Source of the DNA: Diadema antillarum
Taxonomy: Eukaryota
Direction: 5' to 3'
DNA: 64,000 bases
Assembly: GCF_040938485.1 (NCBI RefSeq)
Contig: NW_027271037.1
Location: forward strand, 868,001 to 932,000
The notes under the pieces are model-generated. The model had not been told where the DNA came from, ran no database searches, and worked only from the letters and a program-made list of their open reading frames with translations. Made by a program: the position numbers and the translations under genes. Every line of letters starts with the position of its first letter. Positions within the stretch are counted from its first letter, which is position 1. Of this stretch, positions 36,304 through 50,889 are shown piece by piece.

Positions 36304-37825
36304 AAATATACCTGAAAGAAATGTCTTTAACTTCATGTCACTGGTAAAACACAAATGGTCGAGTGAGATACAATTCAAGTCATACGCACTCCAATTTCTC
36401 ACTGTCTTTTGTAATGAAAGTCCTCATCAAGATGAAATGGAATGTGCATATTCTTCCACTCTTTTCTCATCAAACTTGTCATGATGATATCAATAGGCGG
36501 ATTGAAATTCAAATCAAACTTTATTTCTTATACATACCAACAAAATTTCTAAAAGTATGCATATCCAAAATCTGAGAAAAAACGTAAAATTGTTCCAAAT
36601 CATGGTAATAGTTTTGTTTTGTATTTCTTGTTTGTTTTTTACCTGCAAGAAAAGCAAGTACCTATATCTAATTAACAACCAATTTTCATCATCTTAGAAA
36701 TCAATTCCAGTTAGATATCTTCTCAAGGGAGGTTCTGCAATCCGGTATATATCATAACGTCTGTTAAACTGCGTTCTAAGAGTATAACATCGTCTGCCGG
36801 GATAAACAAAAAATACCAAAGACATTATATGAAGAACGTATGTTTCGACAGGAAGCAAAAGATTCAAAAGTTAGGGATTTTTAAAGTTTCCGTGCCGTCA
36901 TCGCTGGATAATAAGAATGGTACACAATGCTACACTTGATGATGCCATTATAGTCAACAGCATATAACAGAAAAAGAAAATATGAGGAGAATAACACGAA
37001 GCTTCGGTTTTCTTGAAAAGCACACATTAAATTGACTTTTTTCCGACATAAATGCTAGTCTTATTCCCCTTTCTTTCTGAAAGACGTAAATCAAGTGTTC
37101 TTTCTTTATAGAAGAGCAAACATAAATTCTGTTGAATCATTCATATGGCTGTCAAATTCCGACGTATGCACAGAAGAATTCCACTGTTGCGTTTGTCCCT
37201 TTTTATATAGTTCAGCGTTCGATGCCGCCATATTTTCTGAGTAATCTGAAGAGTCATAATTGATGCTGACGTCATATCGGATATGTTTTACTTTTTTGTT
37301 TATATATCTAATGAAATGAAACTTCGCCTCAACGTTAAAGCATGTAAAACAAGATTCAATCCCATCCAAAATAATTGTGTGCACGTGTGTAAAGCTGAGT
37401 TTTAATAAGGTATGAAACTCCACGTTCCTGTGTTTCTACTATAAATCATATAACCCTCGATCTTTATAAGTATGATTGGTTTGCCATCATAAAGACAGAG
37501 AGTGGTTGCTCATTGTGTAATTAAACGTTTAATCCATACTGTCTTCCTATCTGTGGGGCAGATCCAGTTTGCCACATACTTTGGCACTTACTACTATAGC
37601 GTTTTGAGTGGCGGCACGGAGCATGGGATCAAAGGGAATACGACTGCTGTAACTCAATCACTCGAACCTCCTTGATTACTTGATGGTAAATTATTGCGTT
37701 GTCGTTCCTGGAACTCCCCTGGACTTCCTTACAAATTCAGGTTGATATACATATATAGAATACGGAAATAGGGTTAAAGATCTGAAAATTAGTCAGATTT
37801 CGCGTTAGGGCATGGAATTTTCAAA

Positions 37826-37880
37826 ATGATATGATATGATATGATATGATATGATATGATATGATATGATATGATATGAT
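37826..37880. repeat. (GATAT)n pentanucleotide microsatellite downstream of CTL-B; degenerate paralog at ~28617-28660
   Basis: Direct reading. Confidence 0.95.
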
Positions 37881-38063
37881 TTACGAGACGAAAATAATAG
37901 TGAGCAGGCCAGGTAGAATTGTATGAAACTGAAAATAGATGATGACATAGTCGGCGCAAATACTAATGCAAAAAAAAAAAACCACGCAATAATCGACGCA
38001 TGTCACTAACGCGAAAATTGAAGCAATAATCGACGCGTTACGTTACTGCATGGGTCCTACAAA

Positions 38064-38297
38064 TCAAAATGTCAGCTTGCAGATGTAGTTTCCAAGCACT
38101 GTACAAGTGCCATCATCCCAGTCTCTGGCTGTATCCGACACGCTTCCTGTGTACCATATTTTGCCGCAGTCTTGGTTCCCACCGGAGCTGTCCGGCTGAC
38201 CAGCGCGCCAGTTGGTATACGGCGTCGTAGAACTGGACTGGTCACTCCAGACCCAATCGCCCTCGGTACTTCGGTCATTGTAACCAGTCCAGAAGCC
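38064..38297 (-). CDS. C-type lectin CTL-B, coding exon 2 (joins 44501-44755); QPD motif
   Basis: Acceptor ctag|GGC. Translation: GFWTGYNDRSTEGDWVWSDQSSSTTPYTNWRAGQPDSSGGNQDCGKIWYTGSVSDTARDWDDGTCTVLGNYICKLTF*. Confidence 0.95.
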   Translation of the reverse strand, partial: GFWTGYNDRSTEGDWVWSDQSSSTTPYTNWRAGQPDSSGGNQDCGKIWYTGSVSDTARDWDDGTCTVLGNYICKLTF

Positions 38298-40399
38298 CTA
38301 GGGTATGCGTTATACAATCAAAACATGTTGGTTAGCCATGATTAAGTTGATGGGGTACGATAATAATATACACAGAAGAAGATCGACTTAATAGTCCAGA
38401 CATTATAGAACGTATCAGCATCACACAGCATCACACTGAACAACAATCGTCGTATTAGATTTGTGTGTTGTTTTGTTTTTTGTTTTTTTAGCTGCATTTA
38501 CACCATGTTCTCAGCGGCCACGGAAGCCTCATTTGCCCGAAACGCAGTGCGCCGTGGACGGATGAGACATCTTGCTGTTTTTCTCCCCCTCGCATTCTAG
38601 TCTTGTTTGTTCTAGTTCTCGCCCCGGTGAACAGTTAGCTATCAGACGCTTTTCTCACGGCGTCCGGTCAGGCTAGACTATCAATATTTTCAGTCGCGTC
38701 CCGCTACGGACAGCCTCCACGTCTTGTTACAACCTATTACGCGCCGCCCCGCTTTGTTGCGTTCACCCCGTTTATTACAGCATTCAAAATTCCTCACTAG
38801 CGCCGGGACTGCAGTGGCAAATTTTTGGACAGTTTAAAAATCTGACAAGGCATCCACGGCAATCAGGGCCGGTCGCATTTGCCTATTTCGTCTCACCTTA
38901 AGTCCATCCCGTTTTGACAACGATGGCCTGAAACGGGGCCAACGACAATAACTGAAATGGTGTAAAAGAAAGCAGAGGGGTGAAGGTTGAGATGTGAGAT
39001 TTCTGCTATTTTTCTCCCTTTACAAATGAAATTTGTAGGATATGGTTTATAATTTTAACAAACATGTCGGAAAAATGTCTGCTTAAAAATCTCTTGCTTT
39101 CATTAATGCCTTATCCGCCATGGACTACTAAACATAACAATGGGGCCAGATGCATAAAAACTAGCAAATGCTTGTGCTAGCCTTTTGCTTGAATCCGTTT
39201 AAAAACAAGCAATTGCTTGCCAGCAAAAGCTTTGTAAGTATAAGCACAAAAGCAATAGGGGCCTTATTGCTTGCTATCAGCAAAAAGAAAAAAAAAATGC
39301 TTTACAGACCAAGCATTTGCTTGAAACGTATGCATAAAACATACCTTTTGCTTGTTCTTGCTAGCAATTGCTTACGATATTAAAAGATCTATAAAAATAA
39401 TGAACTCGGACGTTCCCTTATAGAAGTGCAATTTTCACATTCTTATAAAGAAAGACCAAACTTGTGCAGAAGTGGTATAAATCTACAAGTAATTCCTCCT
39501 AAATAGTGAAAGAAACATTTTCGTTTCAACAACGGGAATGTCCAGTGGTTAGCACTCAAAATGTGATGAGAAGGTAGGATGTCTAACATCTGTGGAGAGC
39601 AAGGAGACCTCTCTGCACGTGCGACCTGGCAGATCCGGGCTACATAATCAGTGGTGGAAATCAGCCAGTACGTGTGTGTGTGTGTGTCATGGGCGTAAAT
39701 CCCTGGGGGATGGGGGTATGCATCCCCCCCCCCCCCCCGAACTGGAGGAGGGGGGATGGCCTGTACAGTCTCCCCCCCCCCCCCCCTCCCTGAAATTTGA
39801 AAAAAGAAATGGAGGAAGCAAAAATGTGATTGTATCAATTTTGGCATATTGCATGACGTTCGTACGCCCACCTTCACAGAGGTAACAGTGCTGAACAGCA
39901 TTCTATCTTGCAGGATAATGGCTGTATACACAATTTTCTCGAGCATGTTGTTGCTTTCTTAGAATATTGACACAGGAATAGTATAGTCACTCAGACATTG
40001 GGTTACTTCAGATGCTGCAACAACATTTATTCAGATCTTTTCCTCAAGACGGCAAAGCTCAGACTCCCCTCTCCAAGAAGTCAAACTACAGGCTCGTACA
40101 ATCACCCTCCATCAAGGCATCTGCCTTGGTCTTATAAGGGTGCTAATCCTTGCACAATCATGCAGTGGGCCACAACTGCCCTACATAGAATGACAAGACT
40201 AGTGCAATGTTAAACACCGAAAGGCTAAGCTACACAACAATGGGACAAAGGAACATAACACAGGTTTACTACAGAAGGTGCATAGCAACTTCGTTTACTC
40301 CCAGTTTATATTGGGCTGTGTGGTCGATTACTGATTGATAGGACGTTGAATTTGACTGTAAGCTAGCTGCAGCAGGACAGGTCATAGACTTTAACAATA

Positions 40400-41900
40400 T
40401 CATTTTGATCCGCAATGATTCCCGAAATTAGGGGAAAAAATTGCGTTTTTATAGAAAACTGTCCAAATGTTTTATCCAAAGTGTGCACCAGATTACAGAA
40501 TTTCAATTCTAGAAATGCAAAAAAAAAAAAAAAAAAAAAATCTCTCTCGCGTGGGAGGGGGATACCCCCTCCCACATCTTCCTTCTTTCGGTCATTTTCC
40601 TTGTTTCTTTTTAGGTTTGTCTGTCACTTCAGTTACAAAAAAACAAAAAAACAAAAGATTCACCGCGGGTGGGAGGGGATATCTTCTTTCCCTCAACCCT
40701 TTCCTCGCTTGGGTTCCCATTAAAAACTTTAGTATACTTTGGGTATTGACAGCTTTCCGAATTCCATCAAAACTGTTCATTTGTGTTTGTATTCTAAGAA
40801 TGCAAAAGCCCACTCGTATGCAGGGACGTTGGTCCTGGGGGACTAGGGGGGCAAACATGTGATATTTTTGTCCCCCAGTAATTCCCGAAATGAGGAAAAT
40901 TTTCTTGTATTTTGTCCAGGTATCTTATCCAAAGTGTGCACCAGATTGCTGAATTTCAATTCTGAAAATGCAAAATCTCTCTCGCGTGGGAGGGCAATAC
41001 CCCTCCCACCTCTCCCCCGTTTTCTATTAACTTAGTACAGATTTAGATTGACAGATTTCCAAATGTTTCATCAAGTGTGTATCAGATGTTCATGTATTAT
41101 TTCAATTCTAATAAATCTAAAAATTCCCTCATCCTCTTTTAATCTACTCCCCCCTCCCTCCCCCCCCCCCCCACCCGCTCGGTTCCTATCCATTGATTTA
41201 GACTCTGCACACTTTGGGGATTGATAATTTTCTGAATATTCAACAAAAGTGCACATCAGGTCATTGTGATACGTCAATCCTAAAAATGCAAAAGCTCCGT
41301 CGTGTGGGAGGGGGCTACCCCCATCCCCATAACTTCCATGGCGTAGCGGGGGGGGGGGGGGGAGGGGGCGATGGAGCGGTCCCCCCCCCCCCCCCCCCAA
41401 GATTTGAACCGGGGATTTGGAAGCCGGAAAAAAATTGCGTTTATACTGTATGTATGTATATGAAGCGGGTCTCCCTTTCAACCTTTCCTCAAGCAAGATT
41501 GTAATCTTTTTAATATTTCACTCAAAGTGTGCACCTCTCGTGCTTGGGAGGGGGATACCCCCTCCCAAACCCTCCCCCACTGTGCCCCTTTCCCTAGCCT
41601 TAATACACTTGTCAGATTTACAACAACAACAAAATCTGAATAATTCTGAGTGCACAAGACTTATCACTTATGTTTCGAAAAATCGAAAGTTCCTTCATGT
41701 ACAAGGGGAATATCCCCTTTTAATCAACCCTTTCCTTTTCAATAATTTCCCAAATATTCCATCAAATATGCGTATACGAGATATCTCAATTTCAACTTTA
41801 AAAAGGCAAAAGTTCCCTCGTATGGGAAGGGTGGTGATAGCCTTCTCTCTGCTCGTCCCCTATTTAGGGATTATTGAGGGCGACGCTACTTTTTTTTAAG
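40400..41900. repeat. Several copies of an abundant dispersed repeat family (aaagtgtgcaccagattgctgaatttcaattct.aaaatgcaaaa...gggagggggatacccc)
   Basis: The motif recurs in both orientations at ~22160-22330, 35810-35960, 40470-40570, 40930-41010, 41230-41330, 41520-41830, 57440-57600 and 61080-61450. No ORF. Confidence 0.75.
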
Positions 41901-44500
41901 TGGGGGGTCAAATCGCCTGTCAGTCAAGAAGAAAGAAAATCAAAAGACAAGAGAAACATTAACAACAAAAAAGTCTTAATACTTTTAAGGTCTGATTTTC
42001 CGCCGAAAGTCGGCTGACAAGCAAAAAACAAACAAACAAACAAAAACAAGAACAAAAAGTCTTCATATTTTTGCATGCCACTTCCCTCACACTTTATATT
42101 TCATGCAAAAGAGTGGGGGATGCAAACATTCGATCCCTGTAAACTGTGTGTGTGCTTATTGTTATGCATGTACGGATTCAGGTAAAAGGCTAGCACAAGG
42201 AATTGCTAGTTTTTATGCGTTCGGCCCATTGATTATATAGGATCCTATCATTCTGTATCACTTTACTCCTCTTCCGGGTACTTTTCCAGGTTTTGATTTT
42301 ATTTCAATTTTGTACTGTAAAACAACAAAACAGAACAAAGACACAAATATGAAGAAAAAAATCCAAGCGATCAGTTGTACTTCATCTGCGTTTGTTTTAC
42401 CCATTACTCATGAAAGAAATCAGAATTCTTGCGTAAACTTGCCAGGATGGCTGCTTTCCTGTTCTAGCGTTCTACTCAATCGCAGAGTAACTCTAAAGCC
42501 CACCGCACATTTGGACGACTCACGACTATACGACTGACAGACTTTGTACCCGAAATAAATCACAGTATAGCTTCAGAATAAACACGCTTATTTATTTCAG
42601 ATCCAAAGTCTGTCAGTAGTAGGCCTATAGTCGTGAGTCTTATAGTGTACTACGGTGGGCTTATGCTAGAATTCTTGACTGTACTAGTGTTAGCTTTTTC
42701 AAACGCCGAGGAATCGAATGAAATTCCTAAAGGTACTGTTTACCTGTGAGAGCAGTGATTTAGAAAAAAAAAATGTTTGAGTTATCACATTTAATGCATA
42801 AATGTGCAGGTCAGTTATATCACAAAACATCCTATCATATAAAAATGTACTTAAGACCACTGATAAATGAAACGTCTGTATGAAACAAATTACAATCGAC
42901 AGTATAAAGCTCACTAATTTCACCCTCAGGGGAGATTGTAATTTAATTGGCTATCAACCTATTAGGTCAATATAAATGGAACTTTACGCATAAATGAATA
43001 CATTCTTTTTTGTCCTCTAAAAGGCACAAAAGTAAAAATTGCAAAAAGTGACATGCTGTCTTTCATTTGCAAATGCCCTTCAAGATGACAATGATACCAA
43101 AAGAAACAGTTTAACACAACAGGATACATGAATGAAATGGTAAGAATAATTTTTCGTTCTCTTTATCTCTTCATGATCTCAAGCAAAATCAAAGTGAGAA
43201 GCTAAAAAAGGGAAAAAATTGAAATTTTGTCAACTCAAACATCAAATGAAAAAGAGGGTAAGGACACGAAGAAGGTTAAATAAACAGAATATCTTTATTT
43301 CATTCTTTAATTTAGTAATTTGAGCATTCATGAGACAAATTCACCAACCAAATATTACAATTTTCAAAATTTGAGAAATCACTTCAAATTTCTGCTATTT
43401 CTGTTATTATTGCTTCTTCTCTCACTTCATTTGAATTTGTTTTTGACAGAAGATTCTTCCTTTTCCTCCATGATTTCTTACCTTTATTGATCTTTTGAGC
43501 TTCAAGGAATATTATACAGATAGATCTTTTGGGGGCAACTTAATTCATCTTTTTTATTGTGTAAAATTTGCCTTTTGTTCTTATAACATGGAAGAGCACT
43601 TACGCATGAATGACAACTTGTTCATTTTTGCAACCTTTACTTTTGTTTCTTGGAAGAAAAATACAAAGGTGTTCACCCATGCGCAAAGTTTCCCTTCAAG
43701 CTTCTAGCCAAATATCTATGAGAAATATAAACTTGAAAAAAAAATGGTTACTTTCTCTTTTCGCTGAGTGTATAATAAACTTTAACCGTTTTCATCTCAT
43801 CAGAATTTCAAACTCTTTGGCTTGAAAGGATGGAACACTGTATGTTCCCCTGTTCCGCCTGATAAGACCTAGAATATGATTATCAAATACATGCGGTAAT
43901 CTACTGGAACACGGCGTCTTTGATATATTGGTATTGCACGTTTCACGAGACGGGAATGAAGTAACGAAGCAAATCACAAAGCATAAAGACCCATATGTAT
44001 AGGAATGACTTGTGATTAATCCGCGTCTGTATACATGATACAGCGGCAGGACAGAGTGGATCGGTAAGAATTGGATGCGCGAGTTTACAACAAAGTTAAA
44101 CGAGAGCATCCAATTCTCACTGATCCACGAATAGGCCTGTGCATCATCATTGTGTCATAAGATATAATTCATGAAATAAAACCATTTTCCCCATCATGCG
44201 TTCGGTACACCTACAACACTTTACAAGACTTGAGACATGCATTCGGACTTTACCCTTACGCATCGCTCAGTGTGGATCAGTAAAAATCAATGCATCATAA
44301 TTGACCAATCAGATTGAAAAGATTCTAAAGACCATTTTATAATAATTCATATAAAATTATCTATTCCAATGACATCCTGCATATCCTACATAGTTTTACC
44401 TGTAGTGAGACAATACATTCTCAAAAAAACGGAAAACTTTATACTCTGAGGTTTCCCAGCCAATTATAGAATGATATTATTATAGAAAAACTTGGCTTAC

Positions 44501-44755
44501 CCATGCAGGAGTTGAAACCGTGTTTCGCCAGTAATTGTAGAGGAAAGTATTTTCCGCCTCGCTCAGCACCGACGTCAAATGACCACCGAGTTCGACACAG
44601 TGGTTCTCAGCTTCCTGCCAGTTTTTCCTCACTAAGAAGAGCCGATAGCAGGAGCCATGGAACCCAGTCCAGTACTCTGGACAGCATCCACACGCCTGGC
44701 CACCAACGGCCATGTAGGACGCCAGGACCACGAGAAAAGCAACGGTCAGCTTCAT
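44501..44755 (-). CDS. C-type lectin CTL-B, coding exon 1
   Basis: MKLTVAFLVVLASYMAVGGQACGCCPEYW...NTVSTPAW|gtaag; 255 nt, phase 0. Confidence 0.95.
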
Positions 44756-45905
44756 GGTTTCAGGATTCAAGGCTATTTTTTTTTCGGTAGCATCAATGAA
44801 ACAAAAGAGGGAAATTGAAAACATGTATCAAATTATGTTTGAATACATGACAATATAATATTACCCATGTATGTATCTTACATGTTCTTGGCAAAGTTAT
44901 TCTTACTGAAGAAATAGAAAAGACGAACAATAAAATCAAATCGCCATTTTTCAACGAAAAGACGCATCAAGCGGCATAACAAAAGAAATTAGATGAAAAT
45001 GGAAGGGATGACTTTTTGTCTTTATCTCCTTTCTATACATTCTTCATATTTCCTATCGATAATTGTAATGATCATTAATGTACTCGTCTAACAATAATGA
45101 CAGTGAAAATTACATGATATTGATGCAGGAAATAAGAATAAAAATGAAGACATGAGTTCAATAATCATGAATAATGATATTCCCTAATTGAAAATCGTCC
45201 TTTATCAAGTGATATCTCATGGTATACACAGGAAGGAAGGGTTAAGATTGGATATCCCTAATTCTTCTCAGCAGCTTGGAACTAAAACCTGTCTTCAATA
45301 ACAACGTCACATTTCTGACTAGCGTGCCTTTCCACGAGTAGAGAAATTTACAAGCTTAATTGATGGTTGACGATGTCAATGTTACTAGACAGGAACATCA
45401 AAAAGCGAACAGAATAAATTCATATATAGCTACTCTGTCATGATAAATAAGTCTGTAATTACTTTTTTTTTTCAGAAGGTGGCGTAAAGTCAGTCCTGTG
45501 TTCAGCTTTAGATTAAGTAAGTTAACAACTTTCTGTAAATGTCCAAGAGTTAATTTCCCCCACTGAATTCTTTTTGAGATCATGACGATGAACTAAAAGA
45601 TACCCTTTTTCTCTTTATAGTGTATTCAGATTCAATAAAAAATATCTGAGCAATTCAAGTGTGAAAATCTCTGCTGGATAATTTACTCTCGGAAGTTAAC
45701 GTGAACTAATTCATATTCCAATCATATCCATGAGGCAATCATACTCACAAAGATTCTGTGGTGACAGCCGTAGGTTCAGATGCGATTGGAGACAATCTTC
45801 TGAAGAACCAGTGGTAGACTAATGCACACTGGGGTAGTTTTCATCTCCTTTATACAAACTTGTTCCAATCAGCCAACGGATGTCACACCCCTCCAGCGTC
45901 AACTT

Positions 45906-45946
<41 letters not shown>

Positions 45947-47191
45947 TGTCTCGATGTGTCTCTATGTGTCCTTCATTTCCTCAAGTTCATTTTTTTTTAT
46001 TTCTATCCCTTACCAGCTGATTTTTCACCAAGCCATCAATTTCCTCTTGTATTACAATAATGCTATAAAAAAACATGGTTATTATTTATACTCAGAATAA
46101 TCAAAAGACGGTTAACAACTCAGGGAAGACTATACAAGGGTCAGTGATACCGTTGTCGTCGGGAAGCGACAAAGTACAGGTAAACCTGAATCCAGAATTT
46201 ACGACTCTCTTGTCCTCATCAGGGTTTGATGTGACCCCGAAAAATATTCTTGTTTTCTGCTTCGAGTGGCTGTTTATCAACCTTGTACCAGAACAGAACT
46301 GTGAGTATATTTTCGTTATTTTTGTTATTAACCAAGGCTGTCTTAGGATGGATAGTCTCATCAAATTTCAGGATCGTTCAATAATTAAAGTACAAGGGAC
46401 CCTACTGGAATTTGACCTTAACCTAAACAGAAAACAGTGAAAATCAGAAAGAGGCACGGCTGCTGTCGTTATTCTTTTATATCTGGACTGAAAGCACAAC
46501 GAATGAGGGCGCCTTCTGTTGAAATCAGTTTTGCACAATTATCTAACCTCTCAAAATGAAATTTAAGACTAACGTTATTGCCGATACCTCGTTTTTTTTT
46601 CTCTCTTTCTCTCCCTCCTTCCTAGGTCCCGCTTTAATGCCCCTCCCCCCCCCCATCCCTTAGGTCCCCTTATACTTAATAGTACCCATTGAATTGACAA
46701 TTTCCCGGTATTTCATCAAAATTCGCACCTACAAATTCCAAATTTCTGTGCCTAAACGACTAACTAACTATACATTTCTTTCACACTAATTGTCTGGATA
46801 TTCCCTTAATTGTGCTCCAGGGGGATATTTCATCAACATTAATCAGCGGTGACAATTTCAGCAAAATCCTTGGTTTTGATTGGATGAGATGCTCTGGTCA
46901 CTGACTGTTACTATGGTGATTGTCAGCGCTGACAACTTGTCGGCGCTGACTAACGTTGATGAAACACCCTCGAGATCTTTGAATTTAGATTTTACATATG
47001 CTAAAGCTTCGTCATATGGAAAGGAGATATCCCATCGCCTTCGAAATTCCTTGATAGGTCCCTGGCAACAGACGATTTGAGAATTGACAATTTTCCGAAT
47101 AGTCCACAAAAAGTCTGCATCCGACCGTTCTATTTCAATTGCGAAAATGCAAAAAGGATCGACGCCCGTGATATATACACATAAACATGAA

Positions 47192-47237
<46 letters not shown>

Positions 47238-47311
47238 TATATGCAAAATACATATTATATGCAAAATACATATGAATGCATATAAGCATATATATATATA
47301 TATATATCATA

Positions 47312-48387
47312 TGTGACCGTGCACCTCAAAACGAACATAAAGTCGCACACACTGATTATGCGTGAGGACTGAAAATAAGTGAAATGGGTCAACCTTGCCG
47401 AACTTAACTTTTTCATATTTTCTAAAAGAGCGGGTCTTCTTTTACATTATGCTAAAATTTGGTATCATAAAACGGGCAGGAAAGTGTGGGTTTTTTTAGC
47501 AGTTTATCTCAAACATTTTTGGTAGAATAGTGTGATTAGGTGTGTCTTTAGAATCCTTTTTTCATTTCTGAAAAACCTTGTCCACATTCTTCACTTTCAA
47601 CTCTACTAACTTTTGAAAGGATAGTGCTACTGCCTTGAAAGTTGGCATTAATTATGGACAGAATGTGTTAAAGAGACATGCTCAATTTCAGTTTAATTTG
47701 ATAATCCCTTCATTGTGTTACTCTGGTGGTTTACTTCCTGTCCATTCATCGCACAGCCAGCACGGTTTGGTAAAGATTAAGCGCTTGAATAGACACTGTA
47801 CTTCAGAGCCTCTTTTCTCAGTTCACACCTTTCCTGAGTTTGTGCTTTCTTTGCAATATTTAGATAGGTTAGGAGAGTCCATTTGATTTGAATTATACAT
47901 CATTCTAAAGCTTAAAGGGACTGTACAGTACTGGTTGAGGTGGGGATTCACGTTTATAACATTCCCAAGTGAGATAATGAGAAACCTCTTACGAAATATG
48001 AAAGAGCATGTAATTCTAAGAAGGATTCAACGTTTATTTAATGAAAATTGGTTTCCAAATGGGTGAGATATCCAAAAAAGTGATGATAATAATAAAGGCG
48101 ACAGGCCACACCTTTTATTAGGATATCTTTGATTTAGCTTGTTTTTGGATATCTCAGCCATTTCAAAACCGATTGTCATCAAATAAACTTATGATTCCCC
48201 TTAGAATTGTACTCTCTTTAACATTTCATAGAGTGATTTCTGAATATCTCACAAAATGTTAAAAGCTAAATCCTCACCTCAACAAGAACTGTACAGTCCC
48301 TTTAAAGTCTGCTCTTTCAGAATATGGTCTGAACTAAAAATTCATGTCTGGCGACTTTTTGTTTGTTTTGAGGTGCAGGGTTGCACA
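47312..48387. mobile_element. TA-flanked MITE (TGTGACC family) with a nested TTAA MITE
   Basis: Left end tgtgaccgtgcacctcaaaac, right end gttttgaggtgcagggttgcaca, TA flanks. Confidence 0.8.
47916..48301. mobile_element. Kolobok-type MITE (TTAA TSD)
   Basis: TTAA-agggactgtacagt ... actgtacagtccct-TTAA. The empty site (ctttaagctttaaaatgatg) is present in the sister element at ~18522. Confidence 0.85.
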
Positions 48388-50376
48388 TATATTCAGTCAA
48401 AAAAAGAAAGTAAAAACTTTTTCAAGTTTATATTTTTCATAGAATATTTGTCTAAAGGTTCATTTATTATAATATACAATATAACAGGTAATGTAATTGG
48501 CTATCAACTTGGTAGGTCACTAAAAAGTACATTTTATGCATGAGTAACATTTCGCTTTTCTTTTCAAAGGCACAAGGGTAAATATTGCAAAAATTAGCAA
48601 GTTGTAATACATGCGTGTTCTTCGTAATTGCTTTTCGATGTAATAAAGGGTAACATTTAAACACAATGAAAAACATGACTTTAGTTGCAAAAAAAAAAAT
48701 TGAACTCTATTATATCTCTGAATTCAAAAAGCTCAATAAAGGCCAACAATGAAGAAAAGTGAAGAATCTTCTGTCAAATTCAGATTCAAAGGAAATGAGA
48801 GAAGAAGCAATATAAACCAAAATGGTAGGAATTTGAATTGATTTCTCATATCAAACAATTGTATATGATATTTGACTCTTGAATATGTCTTATGAATTCT
48901 TGAATTACTTAATTGAAATAATGAGATAAAGATATTCTGTTTATTCAATCATGTTTCATTGTGCCCATGCATGCTACCTATGTCATTTGACGTTCGAGTT
49001 TACAGGAAATTCTAATTTCCCCCCTTTAGTGTCCAACTTCGCTTTTGATTGAGGTTATAAAGTCATAACGAGATCGAAAACTTATTTTTGCTATTTCATT
49101 CATGTTTCTCATCGTATTAAAGTGATCATTATTTTGTTGTCATTGCTATCTTAAAGGGTATTTCCAAATGAAAGACAACATGCCATTTTTTCCCAATTTT
49201 TACTCTGTGCTTTGGAAGACCAAAACGAATTTGTTCACTCATGCGTAAAGGTTCCTTTTTATATTGACCACCTAGTATAATAACCAATTAGATTTTCTTT
49301 GATATGGTATTTAATACAGTGATTTTCATCAAAATTTTCCATGAAAAAAAAAAAGAACTCGAAAAAGGTTTTGGCTGAGTTTCGTATAAATGTATATGAG
49401 GAAAGAAGTTCGTTTTTGATCAGCTATACTAGTTTAGCCTGAAAACAATCATTGTATTGATTGTCATTTTCAACCTTGAACAACTCCAAAATGTAACATA
49501 CATGACATGATCTCCTGAGTGGGGTTTTTGCTGGTGGCGTAATGTACGAAGGATCAAAAAGAAAATGTCACAAAGTGAGCGATGTATTTTGCTTTGGGCA
49601 TGCTTGATACTGTTCGTAAAAATTGCTGATTTGAATTTAATTTCAAATTATTCGCCACATAAACTAGCACTTTTGAAATACATAATTTCTGTGATTATTT
49701 TGTTTATCACTGATCGGAATCAATTGGTATCGAACATTCAAAGTCATTTTAAGCCAATAACACAAAGAAGACACTTTATTTTTATCCCGTGTTTATGATA
49801 AGATTAGTTGGGTCTACGAGGACATTCTCACTATTTAAATCCATTACCGTATGTCATTTATTTCATTCAAATGGCGTTTTGTAGTTAAGTCAATTCCCAC
49901 CAACGTATAACTTCCACTTACCTTCCACTTCCATCATGCCAAGACTGGCAGATTTTGATATAAAAGGCAGGTGGCGTTGAGAAGATTTAAACTGGGGTTT
50001 TATTTGTCAGTGTATACTTGAGCATTCAATGAGAGTGCTTTTCAGGTAGTGTTGTATTGGGGTATTGGTGGGTGGGTTATGATCGGGGAGGGATGGGATG
50101 GAATAGAGGGGCTACGTATGTGTTGCGGTGGACGGTACGGGTGTGATTTGGAAATTGATTTGGATGAGAGCTGTTATAGTTCTTTGGTCGGTAGTTACAA
50201 TAAGGTTGGATTAAAGGGGGAGAGAAGAAGTGAATGTGAATGGGGTTTGATGCGTTGGATAGTTGTAAAGGAGTATTCTGAGGATGGGTAGTTGTAGGGA
50301 TAATTGTTTTGAAGGTTTTTTGTGTGTGTTTTAAGTATCAGCTTTTTTGTGTGTTTTTGGTTATCAACTGAAGACC

Positions 50377-50889
50377 TGAATATAAGAACGACCCAAATCC
50401 AATTTTTGGCCAAATTCAGTTTGACATGGGAAATTGTAGCTTATGCATGGACTCATCTTGTGTGTAAATGATAAATCCTAATTACCCTCGGAAGTGCCTG
50501 AAATGAATGAGTTAAATCTTATTTGATGTAAGAATGAAGGACTTGGGTAATTCTTACATTCATATTATAGCGCCCTCTCTCATCCTTCTCTCATCTCAAT
50601 AGCAGAATATCATGTATATGAATCAAAGAACGATCCAAGTCCATATGAATCATAGAACGACCCAAGTCCATATGAATCAGAGAACGACCCAAGTCCACCA
50701 CACAAAATGGCCTCTCCACAATTAATGTTTATGTTAATTATCACAATAATATATGTTCTAATTTGTATACATTGTTGCCTTCCCATCACAGTTATATAGA
50801 ATATTATTGGACAAACAAAAAAGATAAGAAGTTTTTTTTTAGTTTACTCGAAATGGTCTTCCATGGACTTGGGTCGTTCTTATATTCAT
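50377..50889. mobile_element. MITE with TIR tgaatataagaacgacccaa and three internal ~27-bp tandem copies of the TIR motif
   Basis: Inverted termini, and agaacgacccaagtccatatgaat repeated three times at ~50620-50700. TSD not clear. Confidence 0.6.

Noticed and set aside
39995-40375. Possible solo LTR in the CTL-B intron (TATA-like ttataag, AATAAA on the minus strand)
   Set aside because: I could not find matching TG...CA ends with a consistent TSD.
49950-50340. Strand-biased G/T-rich segment; minus strand KALSLNAQ resembles a LINE APE endonuclease start
   Set aside because: Only one short motif amid stops and frameshifts, which is insufficient to call.
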